Shown: positions 38,236 through 48,894 of the stretch, one piece after another | Layout: every line of letters starts with the position of its first letter | Position numbering within the stretch: the first letter of the stretch is position 1 | IMG/VR virus record: IMGVR_UViG_3300038678_000291 | Span: 19,018-83,017 of that record | Length of the DNA: 64,000 nucleotides | Strand: one strand, 5' to 3' | Origin: a virus | Notes under the pieces: model-generated | Databases searched by the model: none | What the model was told of the DNA's origin: nothing | What the model saw: the letters and a program-made list of their open reading frames with translations, nothing else | Program-made: the position numbers and the translations under genes

Positions 38236-39309
38236 ATGGACACAATTAAAATCAAATTTATCAACACAGACTTGATGAACCATTTTGGGGCGGTAGCAGA
38301 GGTTCCCTATGATTGGGGAATGAAAAGAATAAGCAAGGGTCACGCTATCCTTTACCAGCCCCAAAAAAATACATATACACCGTTATATTTTGCATCTCCC
38401 CAAAAGATAGTTTCCCCTAAAACAAGCGCAGTAATGGGTTTGCGCAAATATCCCGAAATAGTCTGGGTGCAAGATAATAACATCATGGGGGGGGCGGAGC
38501 TTAGCAGCCGCCAAGTCATTAATGTTGGCAGGAGATTAGGGTTTGAAATTCATGTTTTAACCCCACAAAACTTTGATTTTAGTATATTGAGGAATGCAAA
38601 ATTGCTTATCCTCAATAATATTTTTACATTCAACTCTACTCAGATGGTAGAGATCAAGCGGGCAATCTTTGAATTCCAGATTCCCTATATCAAATATGAG
38701 CATGATATGAGAGAGGCATATGATAATAGACTCAGCTTTTCCCGGCGTCTATTCAAACACTCTAAGCTAAACATGTTTATCTCACCTCTACATCTACAGG
38801 AATATCAAACCAAGATTTACGACATGAGTCCTTCCTATACTTTCCCCCTTGCCATTGATGTAGACAGGTTCAAACCAAACCCTAAAATCAAGCGGGATAT
38901 AAAAAAAGTAGTGCATACCTCTGGAAACCTGCATAACAAAGGATTGGTGTCTTTGTTTGCTATGACTAAGCAGCGCAAGGATTTAAGATTTGAAATCTAT
39001 GTGGGCGACAATAATCTCATTGCCCAGATGTTTGCTAAGGCTAAGAATGTTAGGCTGATGCCCAGGATTGACAACGACAAGATGCCAGATGTCTATAGTG
39101 GAGCGGGCTATTTGGTGCATCTGCCGACAGGGGCTTGGGCAGGGGAGCGGGTGGTATTGGAAGCTGCTCTCTGTGGCTGTAAGCTAATAATCAATGACAA
39201 TGTAGGGCATAAATCCTGGGGCTGGGATTTAGAGGACATAGGTGCTCTCAGGGATAAGCTGAAGGTAGCGCCTTATGACTTTTGGCATAGGGTTGAGGAG
39301 GTAATGTGA
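38236..39309 (+). CDS. GT-B (GT4-like) glycosyltransferase with a short N-terminal head-accessory-like domain
   Basis: GGAE motif, AIDVDRFKP, VVLEAALCGC. Confidence 0.8.
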   Translation: MDTIKIKFINTDLMNHFGAVAEVPYDWGMKRISKGHAILYQPQKNTYTPLYFASPQKIVSPKTSAVMGLRKYPEIVWVQDNNIMGGAELSSRQVINVGRRLGFEIHVLTPQNFDFSILRNAKLLILNNIFTFNSTQMVEIKRAIFEFQIPYIKYEHDMREAYDNRLSFSRRLFKHSKLNMFISPLHLQEYQTKIYDMSPSYTFPLAIDVDRFKPNPKIKRDIKKVVHTSGNLHNKGLVSLFAMTKQRKDLRFEIYVGDNNLIAQMFAKAKNVRLMPRIDNDKMPDVYSGAGYLVHLPTGAWAGERVVLEAALCGCKLIINDNVGHKSWGWDLEDIGALRDKLKVAPYDFWHRVEEVM

Positions 39310-39556
39310 AATATAGGCTAAAAGTTTTAGAGAAAACTACTGACATTGAGATTGACGGGGAAATTTCTAGCCTTACAAATAAGATAAAGATTTGCAGATT
39401 ATCCAATAATCTAAAATCGGTTGAGGCAATAGAACAAGTGGGATGAAAGCTTGAAAGTGAATTCCCAGAATTTAAGTGGATTTTTTTGCGTGGAAACGAC
39501 ATTGAAATTTTGGAATTGGAACAAATTGAAAACTGAGGGGATATTGTAATTTTAAG

Positions 39557-39974
39557 TTTAGGTGCGTACCGTTAAATCAAGTAAAGCCAAGAAAGGAGAG
39601 TAAAGTCATGGAAGGTAAGGAAACAGTGCCCCCTACAGAAAACACACAGGGGGAAAAACAAGCTGAGGATTACTTGGATTGGTTGCCAGTTGCAATGCAA
39701 GCCATCAAAGAAGAGCACAATGTTCTGATTGCCAGGATATGTACACTTCTGGAGGCAACAATATCCAGCAATCTCGGTTCACAGCTTACGGCAATCAAAC
39801 GAACCATGAAGGATATTGTGCGTGAGGAGCAGGACAGAATGAATGATTATTTGGATTTACGGGCATATCCTAATCATATTCATTGTGAACCTGCCACATA
39901 TAAGCGGTTTTGGGTAGGCAGCAATAATGGAGTGAAGAACGATTAATTTCTAACCAACACGGTACGCACCTAAA
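39557..39974. repeat. Perfect 16-bp inverted repeat bracketing ORF 39608..39946
   Basis: TTTAGGTGCGTACCGT (39557-72) and ACGGTACGCACCTAAA (39959-74). Confidence 0.85.
39608..39946 (+). CDS. Helical hypothetical protein inside the inverted repeat
   Basis: RBS AAGGAG; 112 aa. Confidence 0.6.
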   Translation: MEGKETVPPTENTQGEKQAEDYLDWLPVAMQAIKEEHNVLIARICTLLEATISSNLGSQLTAIKRTMKDIVREEQDRMNDYLDLRAYPNHIHCEPATYKRFWVGSNNGVKND

Positions 39975-40172
39975 TCATGAGGGAAATGTAATGAGCAGGA
40001 AAAAGGGAAGCAACCCCCCGCCACCCGGCTTTAAGTATCGACCAAAGCCACCACCATCTCCTCCACACAACCGAGGGTGCAAGTGCGGGCAATGCCTAAA
40101 CAATAGCCACCAATCTTTTCGGACAATGGCAGTGAGAAAAAATGAGGCTGGCGGATTCTTAGTGGGGTAACC

Positions 40173-40724
40173 ATGACCTGTATAGTGGGATATGTAGAAA
40201 AAGAAAGGGTTTATATAGGCGGTGATTCGGCAGGATTGGCGGGCTGGAGCAGTCTTGCTAGGGCAGATGAAAAAGTGTTCGTGAAACCCAACAATGGGAA
40301 TCCCATGATATTTGGTTTTACATCTTCATTTAGGATGGGGCAAATAATTAGATATTCGTTTAAGTTGCCGGAGCAATCAAGCAAATCATCAGACTATGAA
40401 TATTTATGCTCAGTGTTTGTAGATGAACTTAGAAAAAGTTTCAAGGACAAGGGTTACTGTGAAGTAAAAGACAACAAAGAAAGAGGCGGGACTTTCCTGA
40501 TGGGATATAAGGGGGCTTTGTATCAGATAAATCCTGATTTTCAGGTTGGTCAATCACTGAAAAATTATGAAGCTGTTGGGTGCGGGCAGGATTTGGCACT
40601 AGGAGCTTTGTTTGCTCTTGAGAATAATCAAGCATCTCCAGACCATAAGATAAAAGTAGCATTACAGGCCGCCACTGAGTTTTCTGGTGCCGTGAGACCC
40701 CCATATAACATTTTGAGCATTTAG
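40173..40724 (+). CDS. Ntn-hydrolase (HslV/proteasome-beta-like) peptidase
   Basis: MTCIVG...GGDS...EKVF...AVGCG..ALGAL; N-terminal Thr nucleophile. Confidence 0.8.
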   Translation: MTCIVGYVEKERVYIGGDSAGLAGWSSLARADEKVFVKPNNGNPMIFGFTSSFRMGQIIRYSFKLPEQSSKSSDYEYLCSVFVDELRKSFKDKGYCEVKDNKERGGTFLMGYKGALYQINPDFQVGQSLKNYEAVGCGQDLALGALFALENNQASPDHKIKVALQAATEFSGAVRPPYNILSI

Positions 40725-41306
40725 TGAGGTGACAAGATGATTAGGTTTATCAAAAACTTGAAACAAGAATTTGGTAGGGTTGGCTATAACCCCCCGCCCA
40801 CCAAAGATTATACCCGGCCAGCGAAGCCCCCACCGGCACCGCCAGCAATACGCAAGGTTAGTTGCAATTGCCCACTTTAGGCAAATGTGTTGTCTTGAAG
40901 GAGGTTTAATATTATGCACTGCGTGACAGACAGATCGGGGAAAATGTTTGTTCCCAATGAACCGAATCGACATAATCCACCAGAAGGCATGGTCGCCCGT
41001 GAAACCAGTAAGCATGGCTACCGGTGCAAGTGCTTTCTGTGCATTAAGCGCCGCCCAACCTTTAGGGAAAAGATGGTGATAAAATGACAGTAGATAATAT
41101 ACTCTTCGTTCATTCAATTCTGCTGGCAATTGGGTTTATTCTGCAATGCGTGTGTTTTAAGCTAATAATAACAGGTTGGAAACTGCTTAAATCAGAAGCG
41201 AGACGGTGATTAAGCGATGAACATAGGAAGCTTTTTGGATGGGATGTTAACTGCGTGTATGATTTTAATTATTTTAGGTATGATTTTTGATTGAGGATAA
41301 ACCTAC

Positions 41307-42302
41307 ATGCGACTCATCTTCAACCTCCTCAATTGCGGTTTGGCCAATAACGGTGGTAGTGACACCATTATCAGGTCGGCAAACACCTTGATGGACTTAG
41401 GCCATAAAGTTACAATAGTTGACAACATAAACTGTAGCTATACCTGGGGGGAGATAAGGGCAGAGCACAGGAAAATCAGGAATCCAGCCGACATTCCCGA
41501 TGCCGATGCAGTCATCTCTACCGGGTTCAAAACGGTAATTGAATCTTTATCGTTTCCTGCCCGGTGCGGTAAGCGATTCCATTGGATTAGGGGGTGGGAG
41601 ACTTGGACTTACCCGGGGCAGTACATAAGATCAACTATATTGGGCTATCCGGTAACAAGAATGGTTAATGGTGTTCAGCTACAGCAAAAGCTGGCTGGTT
41701 ATGGAGTTGCCTCACACCTTGTAAGGCCAGGCTATGATTTTGATAAATTCTTTTTTTCTGAAGCGAATATGAGAAGTTCCGGCTGTGTTGTTGTCGGGGG
41801 CCTTTATAATACTGGCAAAAAGAGGGGCAGCAAACGCACAGAGTGGATATTAGAAACAGCCGCAAGGCTAAAGCGTGAATACAACAATGTCAATCTTACA
41901 ATATTTGGGGTTCACGAAAACCCAAAGATTGATGTTATTGATACTTACCATCAGTTGCCACCGCAAAATCTGACAAACACTATATACAACCTGATTCATA
42001 TCTGGCTGGCTCCCACAATGCTTGAGGGGTTGCACAAGCCCCCCGCTGAGGCGATGCTCACTGAATGTCCAGTGGTAGGAACTGATGCTGAACTGAGTGG
42101 AATGAGTGATTACCTGGTGCATAACAAGACAGGGCTGGTAGCTGAAAATAACCTGGACTCTTTTGTTGAGCATGTCAGTCTTTTGGTGGCAGATAAGGAA
42201 TTGAGAAGGCGGCTGGGTAAGCAGGCTCGGCAGGCAGTCCTGGCATTGGGGAACAGACAGGATAATATGCAGAAGATGGTTGAGGTATTGGAAAATGGCT
42301 AA
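41307..42302 (+). CDS. GT4 glycosyltransferase
   Basis: NNGG, EGLHKPPAEAMLTECPVVGTD, HNKTGLV, LRRRLGKQA. Confidence 0.9.
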   Translation: MRLIFNLLNCGLANNGGSDTIIRSANTLMDLGHKVTIVDNINCSYTWGEIRAEHRKIRNPADIPDADAVISTGFKTVIESLSFPARCGKRFHWIRGWETWTYPGQYIRSTILGYPVTRMVNGVQLQQKLAGYGVASHLVRPGYDFDKFFFSEANMRSSGCVVVGGLYNTGKKRGSKRTEWILETAARLKREYNNVNLTIFGVHENPKIDVIDTYHQLPPQNLTNTIYNLIHIWLAPTMLEGLHKPPAEAMLTECPVVGTDAELSGMSDYLVHNKTGLVAENNLDSFVEHVSLLVADKELRRRLGKQARQAVLALGNRQDNMQKMVEVLENG

Positions 42303-42476
42303 AAATGGTATTTGTACCGCTGGGATAGTTTGTGGATGGATGGTTATCGGGACAGGCACAATAGGGGTTTTTAATCCCAAAATGGTTGCACAGGAACCAC
42401 GGTTGGTTGCAGTTATGTTGATGGCGACAGGGCTAATTATGATATTGGCCTTATTGCTATTGCTAAGTGGGTCAAA

Positions 42477-43949
42477 ATGAGTAAAATGTCTAACTTAAAA
42501 TTCCCTCAGTTGAGCATAGTTACGGCCTGCTATAACGCAGCCCCCTTTATAGGGGACTTATTTAAAAGTCTTGTATGCCAAGATTACCAGAATTGGGAGC
42601 TGGTGATCATTGATGACTGCTCAACCGATAATTCCATTGAAACCATCAAGCTGGCTATCAAGGCATTTGATATAGAGGGTAAGGTCAACCTGCTAACTCA
42701 AAACAAAAACAGGGGGTATGGCTACACACTGTGGAATGCTATCAGACACAGTAGGGGGCCGTTAATTGCCGTGGTGGACGCCGACGACGCCCTAGCCGGG
42801 CATAAAGCCTTATCTGAAACTGTTAAAACTCACAACAAGTATCCAGATGTTGCACTGACATACAGCGATTACATAGAGTGTAACAATAGACTAGAACAAC
42901 GGTCGGTTTATCATACACGGCAACTTAAAAGCTGCGAACAATATATCAATACTAAGATAAGATTAAACCATCTAAAATGTTTTAAGAGAAGCTTTTATGA
43001 TGCCACAGAGGGGGTAAACAAGAAACTGCGGCGATCTGTAGATAAGGATTTAGTATTGAAGTTTGAAGAGGTTGGCAGGTTGTTATATATTCCCACACCA
43101 CTTTACTTATATCGCAAACACAGGAATGGTGTCTCCCGCACCGACCATAAAAAAGGCAAAGAATATATCGCTCAGATAAACAGGACCAGAAAACAGATAT
43201 ATGAAGATGCTTGGATGAGGCGGCAACAATCTCTTACATGGTTAAACCCCGAAAAGTGTCAGGCATTACAGAATAAATGGGGTAATTATAACAGTTTTGG
43301 TAAATGCCCAAATCAGGGAAACAAGAAGGATGTTATAAAAGTCTTAAAACAAGTTATCAGTACATTTGGCAAAGAAAAGCCAAGCGTATTGGATGTAGGA
43401 TGCGGTGCAGGCCATTTTATGTGGGTAATAAAAGACAGAGTATCCAAGTTAATTGGCCTTGACTTTTCGCCTGAGATGCTCAAACTAACCAGAAAACAAT
43501 TTGCCAAAACAATGATAATACCAGAACTTCTTTATGAGTCATGCTGGAAAATCCCGTTGCCCGATAACTCTGTTGATATTGTGTATCAGGTTGATGTGGC
43601 TATGCACATAGGGGGAAGTTGGGAATCAATCCAAGAGATGATGCGGGTCAGCAGGAAATATATAATTTTTACCGGCCCATCGTTTGAGTCAAACCTTACA
43701 ACTGAAATGGATATGCCGATGGGATCAGGAAAAAGGTGGGCAGTTAGCATCCCACTTTTAAAGCGGAAGCTGGGAAAATTAGAGTCTAATGGTGAAATCA
43801 AATCATATGATTTTAGAAAAAGAGTGCCAACATCGGTTTATAACCATAAAATTCTTGTGATAGAAAAACCAACGGAATGCCCGGAAAGCTCAAAGATGTT
43901 CTCCTTGCTTACCCCGCAAGTATGTAGGCGGGAGGCAGTTGCGCTATGA
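42477..43949 (+). CDS. GT2 glycosyltransferase fused to a class I SAM methyltransferase
   Basis: SIVTACYN, IIDDCSTD, VDADD, LYLYRKH; C-terminal VLDVGCGAG, GLDFSPEML, PLPDNSVD. Confidence 0.9.
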   Translation: MSKMSNLKFPQLSIVTACYNAAPFIGDLFKSLVCQDYQNWELVIIDDCSTDNSIETIKLAIKAFDIEGKVNLLTQNKNRGYGYTLWNAIRHSRGPLIAVVDADDALAGHKALSETVKTHNKYPDVALTYSDYIECNNRLEQRSVYHTRQLKSCEQYINTKIRLNHLKCFKRSFYDATEGVNKKLRRSVDKDLVLKFEEVGRLLYIPTPLYLYRKHRNGVSRTDHKKGKEYIAQINRTRKQIYEDAWMRRQQSLTWLNPEKCQALQNKWGNYNSFGKCPNQGNKKDVIKVLKQVISTFGKEKPSVLDVGCGAGHFMWVIKDRVSKLIGLDFSPEMLKLTRKQFAKTMIIPELLYESCWKIPLPDNSVDIVYQVDVAMHIGGSWESIQEMMRVSRKYIIFTGPSFESNLTTEMDMPMGSGKRWAVSIPLLKRKLGKLESNGEIKSYDFRKRVPTSVYNHKILVIEKPTECPESSKMFSLLTPQVCRREAVAL

Positions 43950-44734
43950 ACCAAGAATATATACCCAAAATCAGTGTGGCAATGGCTTGCTACAACTCGG
44001 CTAAATACCTTAAAGCAGCCATTAAGAGCATATTGAGGCAGACATATACAAACTGGGAGATTGTTTTTGTAGAAGATATGTCAACAGATAATACAGCGCA
44101 TCTGCTTAAAAAATATATCGTAAAATATTCTTTAAAGGAGAAGGAAATTGTAATTCGGCACAATGAAAACCTGGGGTATGGTACCAGCCTACATGATGCC
44201 ATTAAGTACGGCACAGGTGAACTTGTGGCCGTGGTAGATTCAGATGATGCGCTGGCCGGTAAATATGCCTTCGCTAAAATGGTTGAAGCACACAGGACGC
44301 ATCCCGATGCATCACTGTGTTACAGTACATATTATTTTTGCCGGAACAAACTAAGCACAAGATTTGTTAAAGATGTTATCCCTATTCCCGCCGGGCAAAC
44401 TTATCTGTATACATTGCTAAACCCAGGAACAAGGGGGAACGGAAAGGGGTTATATCATAGGGTTAGCCACCTGAAAGTATTTAAGCGGGCTTGCTATGAT
44501 AGAACCGAAGGGTTGATGCGGGGGTTAAGGAAGGCAGTTGATCGGGATTTGGTGCTGAAGCTAGAGGAAGTGGGGCAATTGATATTCATAAACGAGCCGT
44601 TATACATCCACCGCAAACATGACGGGAATATTACGAACTTGTGGGGGGAGATGTCTAAAGCAGAGAGGGCTGAGATTATAGCTGCTAAAAAACAGATAAT
44701 AAGAAATGCCCAGGTACGGAGGGGGATGGTATGA
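43946..44734 (+). CDS. GT2 glycosyltransferase (paralog of the previous GT2 domain)
   Basis: ISVAMACYN, EDMSTD, VDSDD, AVDRDLVLKLEEVG. Confidence 0.9.
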   Translation: MNQEYIPKISVAMACYNSAKYLKAAIKSILRQTYTNWEIVFVEDMSTDNTAHLLKKYIVKYSLKEKEIVIRHNENLGYGTSLHDAIKYGTGELVAVVDSDDALAGKYAFAKMVEAHRTHPDASLCYSTYYFCRNKLSTRFVKDVIPIPAGQTYLYTLLNPGTRGNGKGLYHRVSHLKVFKRACYDRTEGLMRGLRKAVDRDLVLKLEEVGQLIFINEPLYIHRKHDGNITNLWGEMSKAERAEIIAAKKQIIRNAQVRRGMV

Positions 44735-44756
44735 AATTTACTTTATTTGAGCGGAT

Positions 44757-45695
44757 ATGAAAATATATTTAGATAAGGTAAAAAAAGAGGCTGTTCTGCG
44801 CCTAGTGCCTTATTGGGAAAAAGTTGGCTGTGAAATGGTTGACAGTTCCAATAAAGCAGATATTCACCTATCGTCGGCAAGCATAAAAAGCTCTGTAGAA
44901 TCAAAATTAATATTAAGGCTGGATAGCATTAAATGGGATAAAAACGAGAATTATGAGAGACAAAACCAAGTTATAGGCCATGCTCATTCAATGGCAGATG
45001 GGATAATCTACCAAAGTAATATTTCAAAGCAGATGGGCGAGAAATACTTGACTGAAAGAAAGACTGATAATTATACAGTGATTTATAATGGCATTGATCC
45101 TGTGGGCTGGAATAATCCAGTACCCCATACAGGCATAAATATTATGGCTTGTGCAAAATGGCGAAGGTGGAAAAGATTAAAGGAGATAACTGAAGTGTTC
45201 TTAATGTTTTTGGAAAAGCATCCAAGCTCACTATTGCATGTTTTGGGGAGATTTATAAGCGGTGCGAACACTAGAAAAATACCACATAAAAACATAATTT
45301 ACTATGACAGGGTTACTTATCCAGAAATCAAAAAGATTTATGAAATAGGCGATGTTTTTATTCACTTATGCAAAAACGATAGTTGCCCTAATGTGGTAGT
45401 TGAGGCTATAGCGGCGGGGATGCCCGTGATAACCACCAATGCCTGTGGTGGGGCTACTGAGATGTGCAGGCTAACCCCTGGATGCGTAGTTGTTGATGAA
45501 GGAATGCCGGAATTAGAAGCTGCTTATATTCATAGCGACAAACACAATATTATGCTAGGTGGTGTAAGAATGAATATCATAGAAACTATTGGACAAGTTG
45601 TTAGAGGTAAAACTAGAGTAAAATTACCCGATGTACTTATGGCTAAAACAGTAGCGGCTAAATATTTATCTGTGATGGAGAGAGCATTGTGCTAG
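44757..45695 (+). CDS. GT4 glycosyltransferase
   Basis: IYNGID, DSCPNVVVEAIAAGMPVI. Confidence 0.9.
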   Translation: MKIYLDKVKKEAVLRLVPYWEKVGCEMVDSSNKADIHLSSASIKSSVESKLILRLDSIKWDKNENYERQNQVIGHAHSMADGIIYQSNISKQMGEKYLTERKTDNYTVIYNGIDPVGWNNPVPHTGINIMACAKWRRWKRLKEITEVFLMFLEKHPSSLLHVLGRFISGANTRKIPHKNIIYYDRVTYPEIKKIYEIGDVFIHLCKNDSCPNVVVEAIAAGMPVITTNACGGATEMCRLTPGCVVVDEGMPELEAAYIHSDKHNIMLGGVRMNIIETIGQVVRGKTRVKLPDVLMAKTVAAKYLSVMERALC

Positions 45696-46273
45696 ATGTA
45701 AGGTATGAACAATATGTGAAATGTCAAATCAATGAAAACAGAAAAAAATTAGAAGAAAACCCCTGTATCCATTGGGCTACTGAAAAAGAGATGAAAATAT
45801 TAACAGCATATATAAAAAACAACATGGGTGTGGTTGAATTCGGGATGTGCCATGGAGTTAGAAACGGATGGGAAGTGGAAGAGCTAAGAAAGTCTCTTAT
45901 GTGTGATGTTATTGGTACAGAAATAGCACCAACAGCAAAAAGATATAAACACGTTTTTCAGTGGGACTTCCATAATATAAAAAATGAATGGAAAAACAAG
46001 TTTGATTTCATTTACAGCAATTCATTAGATCATGCCTATGACGCAGAACACTGTATTAATCAATGGCTAAGTTGCCTTAATGATAAAGGGAAGTGTTTCA
46101 TTCAGTGGCAAGTTAGACATGACAAGAGTGTGTCGTGGAATTTTGAAGAATTGGTTGTTAATTCTGGAAAATTCAAAATAAACGATATAATAGTTTTTGA
46201 TCATCCGTGGCGAAAGTTCAGAGTAAACTTATATGTTTTGCAAAATGAGCTTAATGGTGTGGTAGTGCAATGA
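45689..46273 (+). CDS. SAM-dependent methyltransferase-like protein
   Basis: CHGVRNG.E, IGTEI, FDFIYSNSLDH, L...G..F. Confidence 0.7.
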   Translation: MLDVRYEQYVKCQINENRKKLEENPCIHWATEKEMKILTAYIKNNMGVVEFGMCHGVRNGWEVEELRKSLMCDVIGTEIAPTAKRYKHVFQWDFHNIKNEWKNKFDFIYSNSLDHAYDAEHCINQWLSCLNDKGKCFIQWQVRHDKSVSWNFEELVVNSGKFKINDIIVFDHPWRKFRVNLYVLQNELNGVVVQ

Positions 46274-47199
46274 ACATCTATGTTGATGGTAGCAAGCGCC
46301 ATGCAGTTTCCAGAATGTTCCCTGTATGGGAGTCTCTGGAGCATGCTGTAGTAAACAAGCCGGGTAAAGCTGACATACAATTATCGGTGGTCAGGATCGG
46401 CAATGATACGGGGTTGCCAATTGTGTTGAGAGTTGACGGTGTGTATTACGACAAAGACATTGATTATAAGCACACCAATTTGTCAATTTGCAAGGCTCAC
46501 CGTAAGGCCAATGCAGTTATCTATCAATCTAATATGGCGAGACAAATGTGTGAACGATATTTAGGCGAGCGACAGGGGCCATATAGTATAATCCATAACG
46601 GCATTGACCCATCTGGCTGGAATAATCCGGTGGCTCACACAGGTATAAATATATTCTGCTGTGGTAAGTGGCGCAGGCCGAAACGATTAGAGGAGACAAT
46701 TAAAGTATTTAACCTCTTTAGGGAGAGATTCCCTTTTGCCAATTTATGGGTCATTGGTGGATTTAAGAAGGGCGGTAAGCCCATCCCAGGCGAAAACATT
46801 ACTTATTGCGGGCAGATTGATCATGAGAAAATGCAGGGATTATATAGAATTGGTGATATGTTCTTACATCTGTGTAAAAAGGACTCTTGTCCCAGTTCAG
46901 TAGTTGAGGCTATAGCGGCGGGGATGCCCGTGATAACCACCAATGCCTGTGGTGGGGCTACTGAGATGTGCAGGCTAACCCCTGGATGCGTAGTTGTTCC
47001 GGGGGAGGCCGAAGGCACAGACCCAGATTATATTTATCGGGATGCCTACAACAAAATGCCTAAAGATGTGATGATTAATATGGTTAAGGAAATGATAGAA
47101 ATTACTGAGAATAACCTAATAACATCATTGCCCTATGAATTGACAATTGAGCATGCCGCTAAGAAATACTTGGATGTTTTTGAGGGGATTATCCACTAA
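46270..47199 (+). CDS. GT4 glycosyltransferase (paralog of 44757..45695)
   Basis: IHNGID, DSCPSSVVEAIAAGMPVI. Confidence 0.9.
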   Translation: MNIYVDGSKRHAVSRMFPVWESLEHAVVNKPGKADIQLSVVRIGNDTGLPIVLRVDGVYYDKDIDYKHTNLSICKAHRKANAVIYQSNMARQMCERYLGERQGPYSIIHNGIDPSGWNNPVAHTGINIFCCGKWRRPKRLEETIKVFNLFRERFPFANLWVIGGFKKGGKPIPGENITYCGQIDHEKMQGLYRIGDMFLHLCKKDSCPSSVVEAIAAGMPVITTNACGGATEMCRLTPGCVVVPGEAEGTDPDYIYRDAYNKMPKDVMINMVKEMIEITENNLITSLPYELTIEHAAKKYLDVFEGIIH

Positions 47200-47213
47200 G
47201 AGAGGAGTAACCA

Positions 47214-47831
47214 ATGTCTGTATCAGAGAAAAACATTGACAAAAAGCTAGATGATACTTTCTACCAGAAAACATTGCGTCCAGACCGCCAACAATCATAC
47301 AAGCTGATCGCCAAATTCATCACCAGAATAGCATGGCCCCATCAGGCACAAAGTGCAGTGGATTATGGTTGCGGTGCTGGCTGGATTTTGCGCTGGCTAA
47401 ACCATTACGGGGTTACTGACTTGATCGGGATTGAACCTAACCGGGCCGCTGCTTCGGTTATGAACCCGGCAACAAAAACTTGGGTTGAGTTTCGGTCATT
47501 AAGGCGAAGAATAAACCTGGATCGCAAGTTTGACCTGGCTGTATGCTTAGAGGTTGGGGAGCACCTTGAAGAGAGATATGCTGACTTGCTGGTGGAAAAC
47601 ATAACCAAATCTACCGACCTTCTAATATTCTCTGCGGCTACCCCGGGGCAGGGGGGCTGGGGTCATGTCAATGAGCAGCCGCTTGAATACTGGAAAGAGA
47701 AGCTAAGGCTGGTAGGCTTCCTCAACCTCCAGAGCATGACTGCCAAGTTTAGGGTTTATCTGGAAAACAAGGGTGCCAAGAAGTGGTATTGCAATAATAT
47801 TGCGGTATTTGAGAGGGGGATAGTAACTTGA
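47214..47831 (+). CDS. Class I SAM methyltransferase
   Basis: VDYGCGAG, FDLAVCLEVGEHL, FSAATPGQGG.GHVNEQ. Confidence 0.88.
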   Translation: MSVSEKNIDKKLDDTFYQKTLRPDRQQSYKLIAKFITRIAWPHQAQSAVDYGCGAGWILRWLNHYGVTDLIGIEPNRAAASVMNPATKTWVEFRSLRRRINLDRKFDLAVCLEVGEHLEERYADLLVENITKSTDLLIFSAATPGQGGWGHVNEQPLEYWKEKLRLVGFLNLQSMTAKFRVYLENKGAKKWYCNNIAVFERGIVT

Positions 47832-48000
47832 GCAAAAATTGCTGGCTTCATAAAGATCGTTTATGCAGTCCTAACTGCCTTGCTTTTCATGATCAATCTT
47901 CAACTGGAAAAGGGTGCTTGCTTCTTGATGGTTTCAGTTCACTAATTAAGCTGGAAAAATATTTATCAACGACTAAAGCAATGCTTATAAAAAACAAACC

Positions 48001-48894
48001 ATGAACTACATAACTCGCAAAATAAACATTGACGGCAAACAGTGGCTATGCCGGTTAGAAGAGAACGGCGGCGGCATCCAGCGCTTCTTGCGGGGCAAGA
48101 ATGCTACCAACGGTAAGTTGCGGGAGCCTGAGCTATTCTACATTCTCAAGCGGGAAGTCAGGCCAGGAATGACAGTTATGGATTTGGGCGCCAACTTGGG
48201 CTACCTAACCATGTTTTTCGCTGGAGCGGTGGGGAATACGGGCAGGGTATATGCGGTTGAACCTGATCCGATTAATTATAGCATGCTATGGCATAATGTA
48301 GAACTAAACCATATTGGACACATAGTGAAGCACAGTCAAATGGGAATTTCTAACACAAGTGGAGTTGTTGATTTCTACCCTGGCAAGGAGGAGCGGAACC
48401 TGGGCAGCATTAAGAAACACATAAAGTCCAACGGGAAAGCCATCGAAATACAGGTGCATCCCTTAACCACCTATTTCAAAAAACGAGAGCGTTTGCCAGA
48501 TTTAATCAAGATGGACGTAGAGGGGCATGAGGTTGAAATCCTGGAAGGGGGGTTTGACCTGTTTAGCCAGCAGGACTTTCCCTGTAAGATAGTCATGGAA
48601 CTGCACCCGACATTATATTCCAGTGAGCAGAAAATGGAGCAGCGGGTCAGGGCATACCTGGGCATAGGGTTTCAGATTAAATATGTTGTGTCGGCTGGAG
48701 TGCCCGTGCCGGATAAGTTCGGAGAGTGGGGATATACGCCGGTTGCAACCTTTCGGGATAAGCGGGGAGTGTATGAAGGATTCTCGGTTGACCATGCGAT
48801 CCAGGCTTGCTGCTATCGGCATCAGCAATGGATGCCGGGAAAAAAGCGGTATTCGCCTAAGATTGCTAGGTATTTGATGATTGAGAGGGCTTAA
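48001..48894 (+). CDS. FkbM family methyltransferase
   Basis: DLGANLGY, VYAVEP, LIKMDVEGHE.EIL.G. Confidence 0.92.
   Translation: MNYITRKINIDGKQWLCRLEENGGGIQRFLRGKNATNGKLREPELFYILKREVRPGMTVMDLGANLGYLTMFFAGAVGNTGRVYAVEPDPINYSMLWHNVELNHIGHIVKHSQMGISNTSGVVDFYPGKEERNLGSIKKHIKSNGKAIEIQVHPLTTYFKKRERLPDLIKMDVEGHEVEILEGGFDLFSQQDFPCKIVMELHPTLYSSEQKMEQRVRAYLGIGFQIKYVVSAGVPVPDKFGEWGYTPVATFRDKRGVYEGFSVDHAIQACCYRHQQWMPGKKRYSPKIARYLMIERA

Noticed and set aside
45396-46998. Diversity-generating retroelement TR/VR pair
   Set aside because: The copies are identical with no adenine-specific mismatches, and no reverse transcriptase is present.
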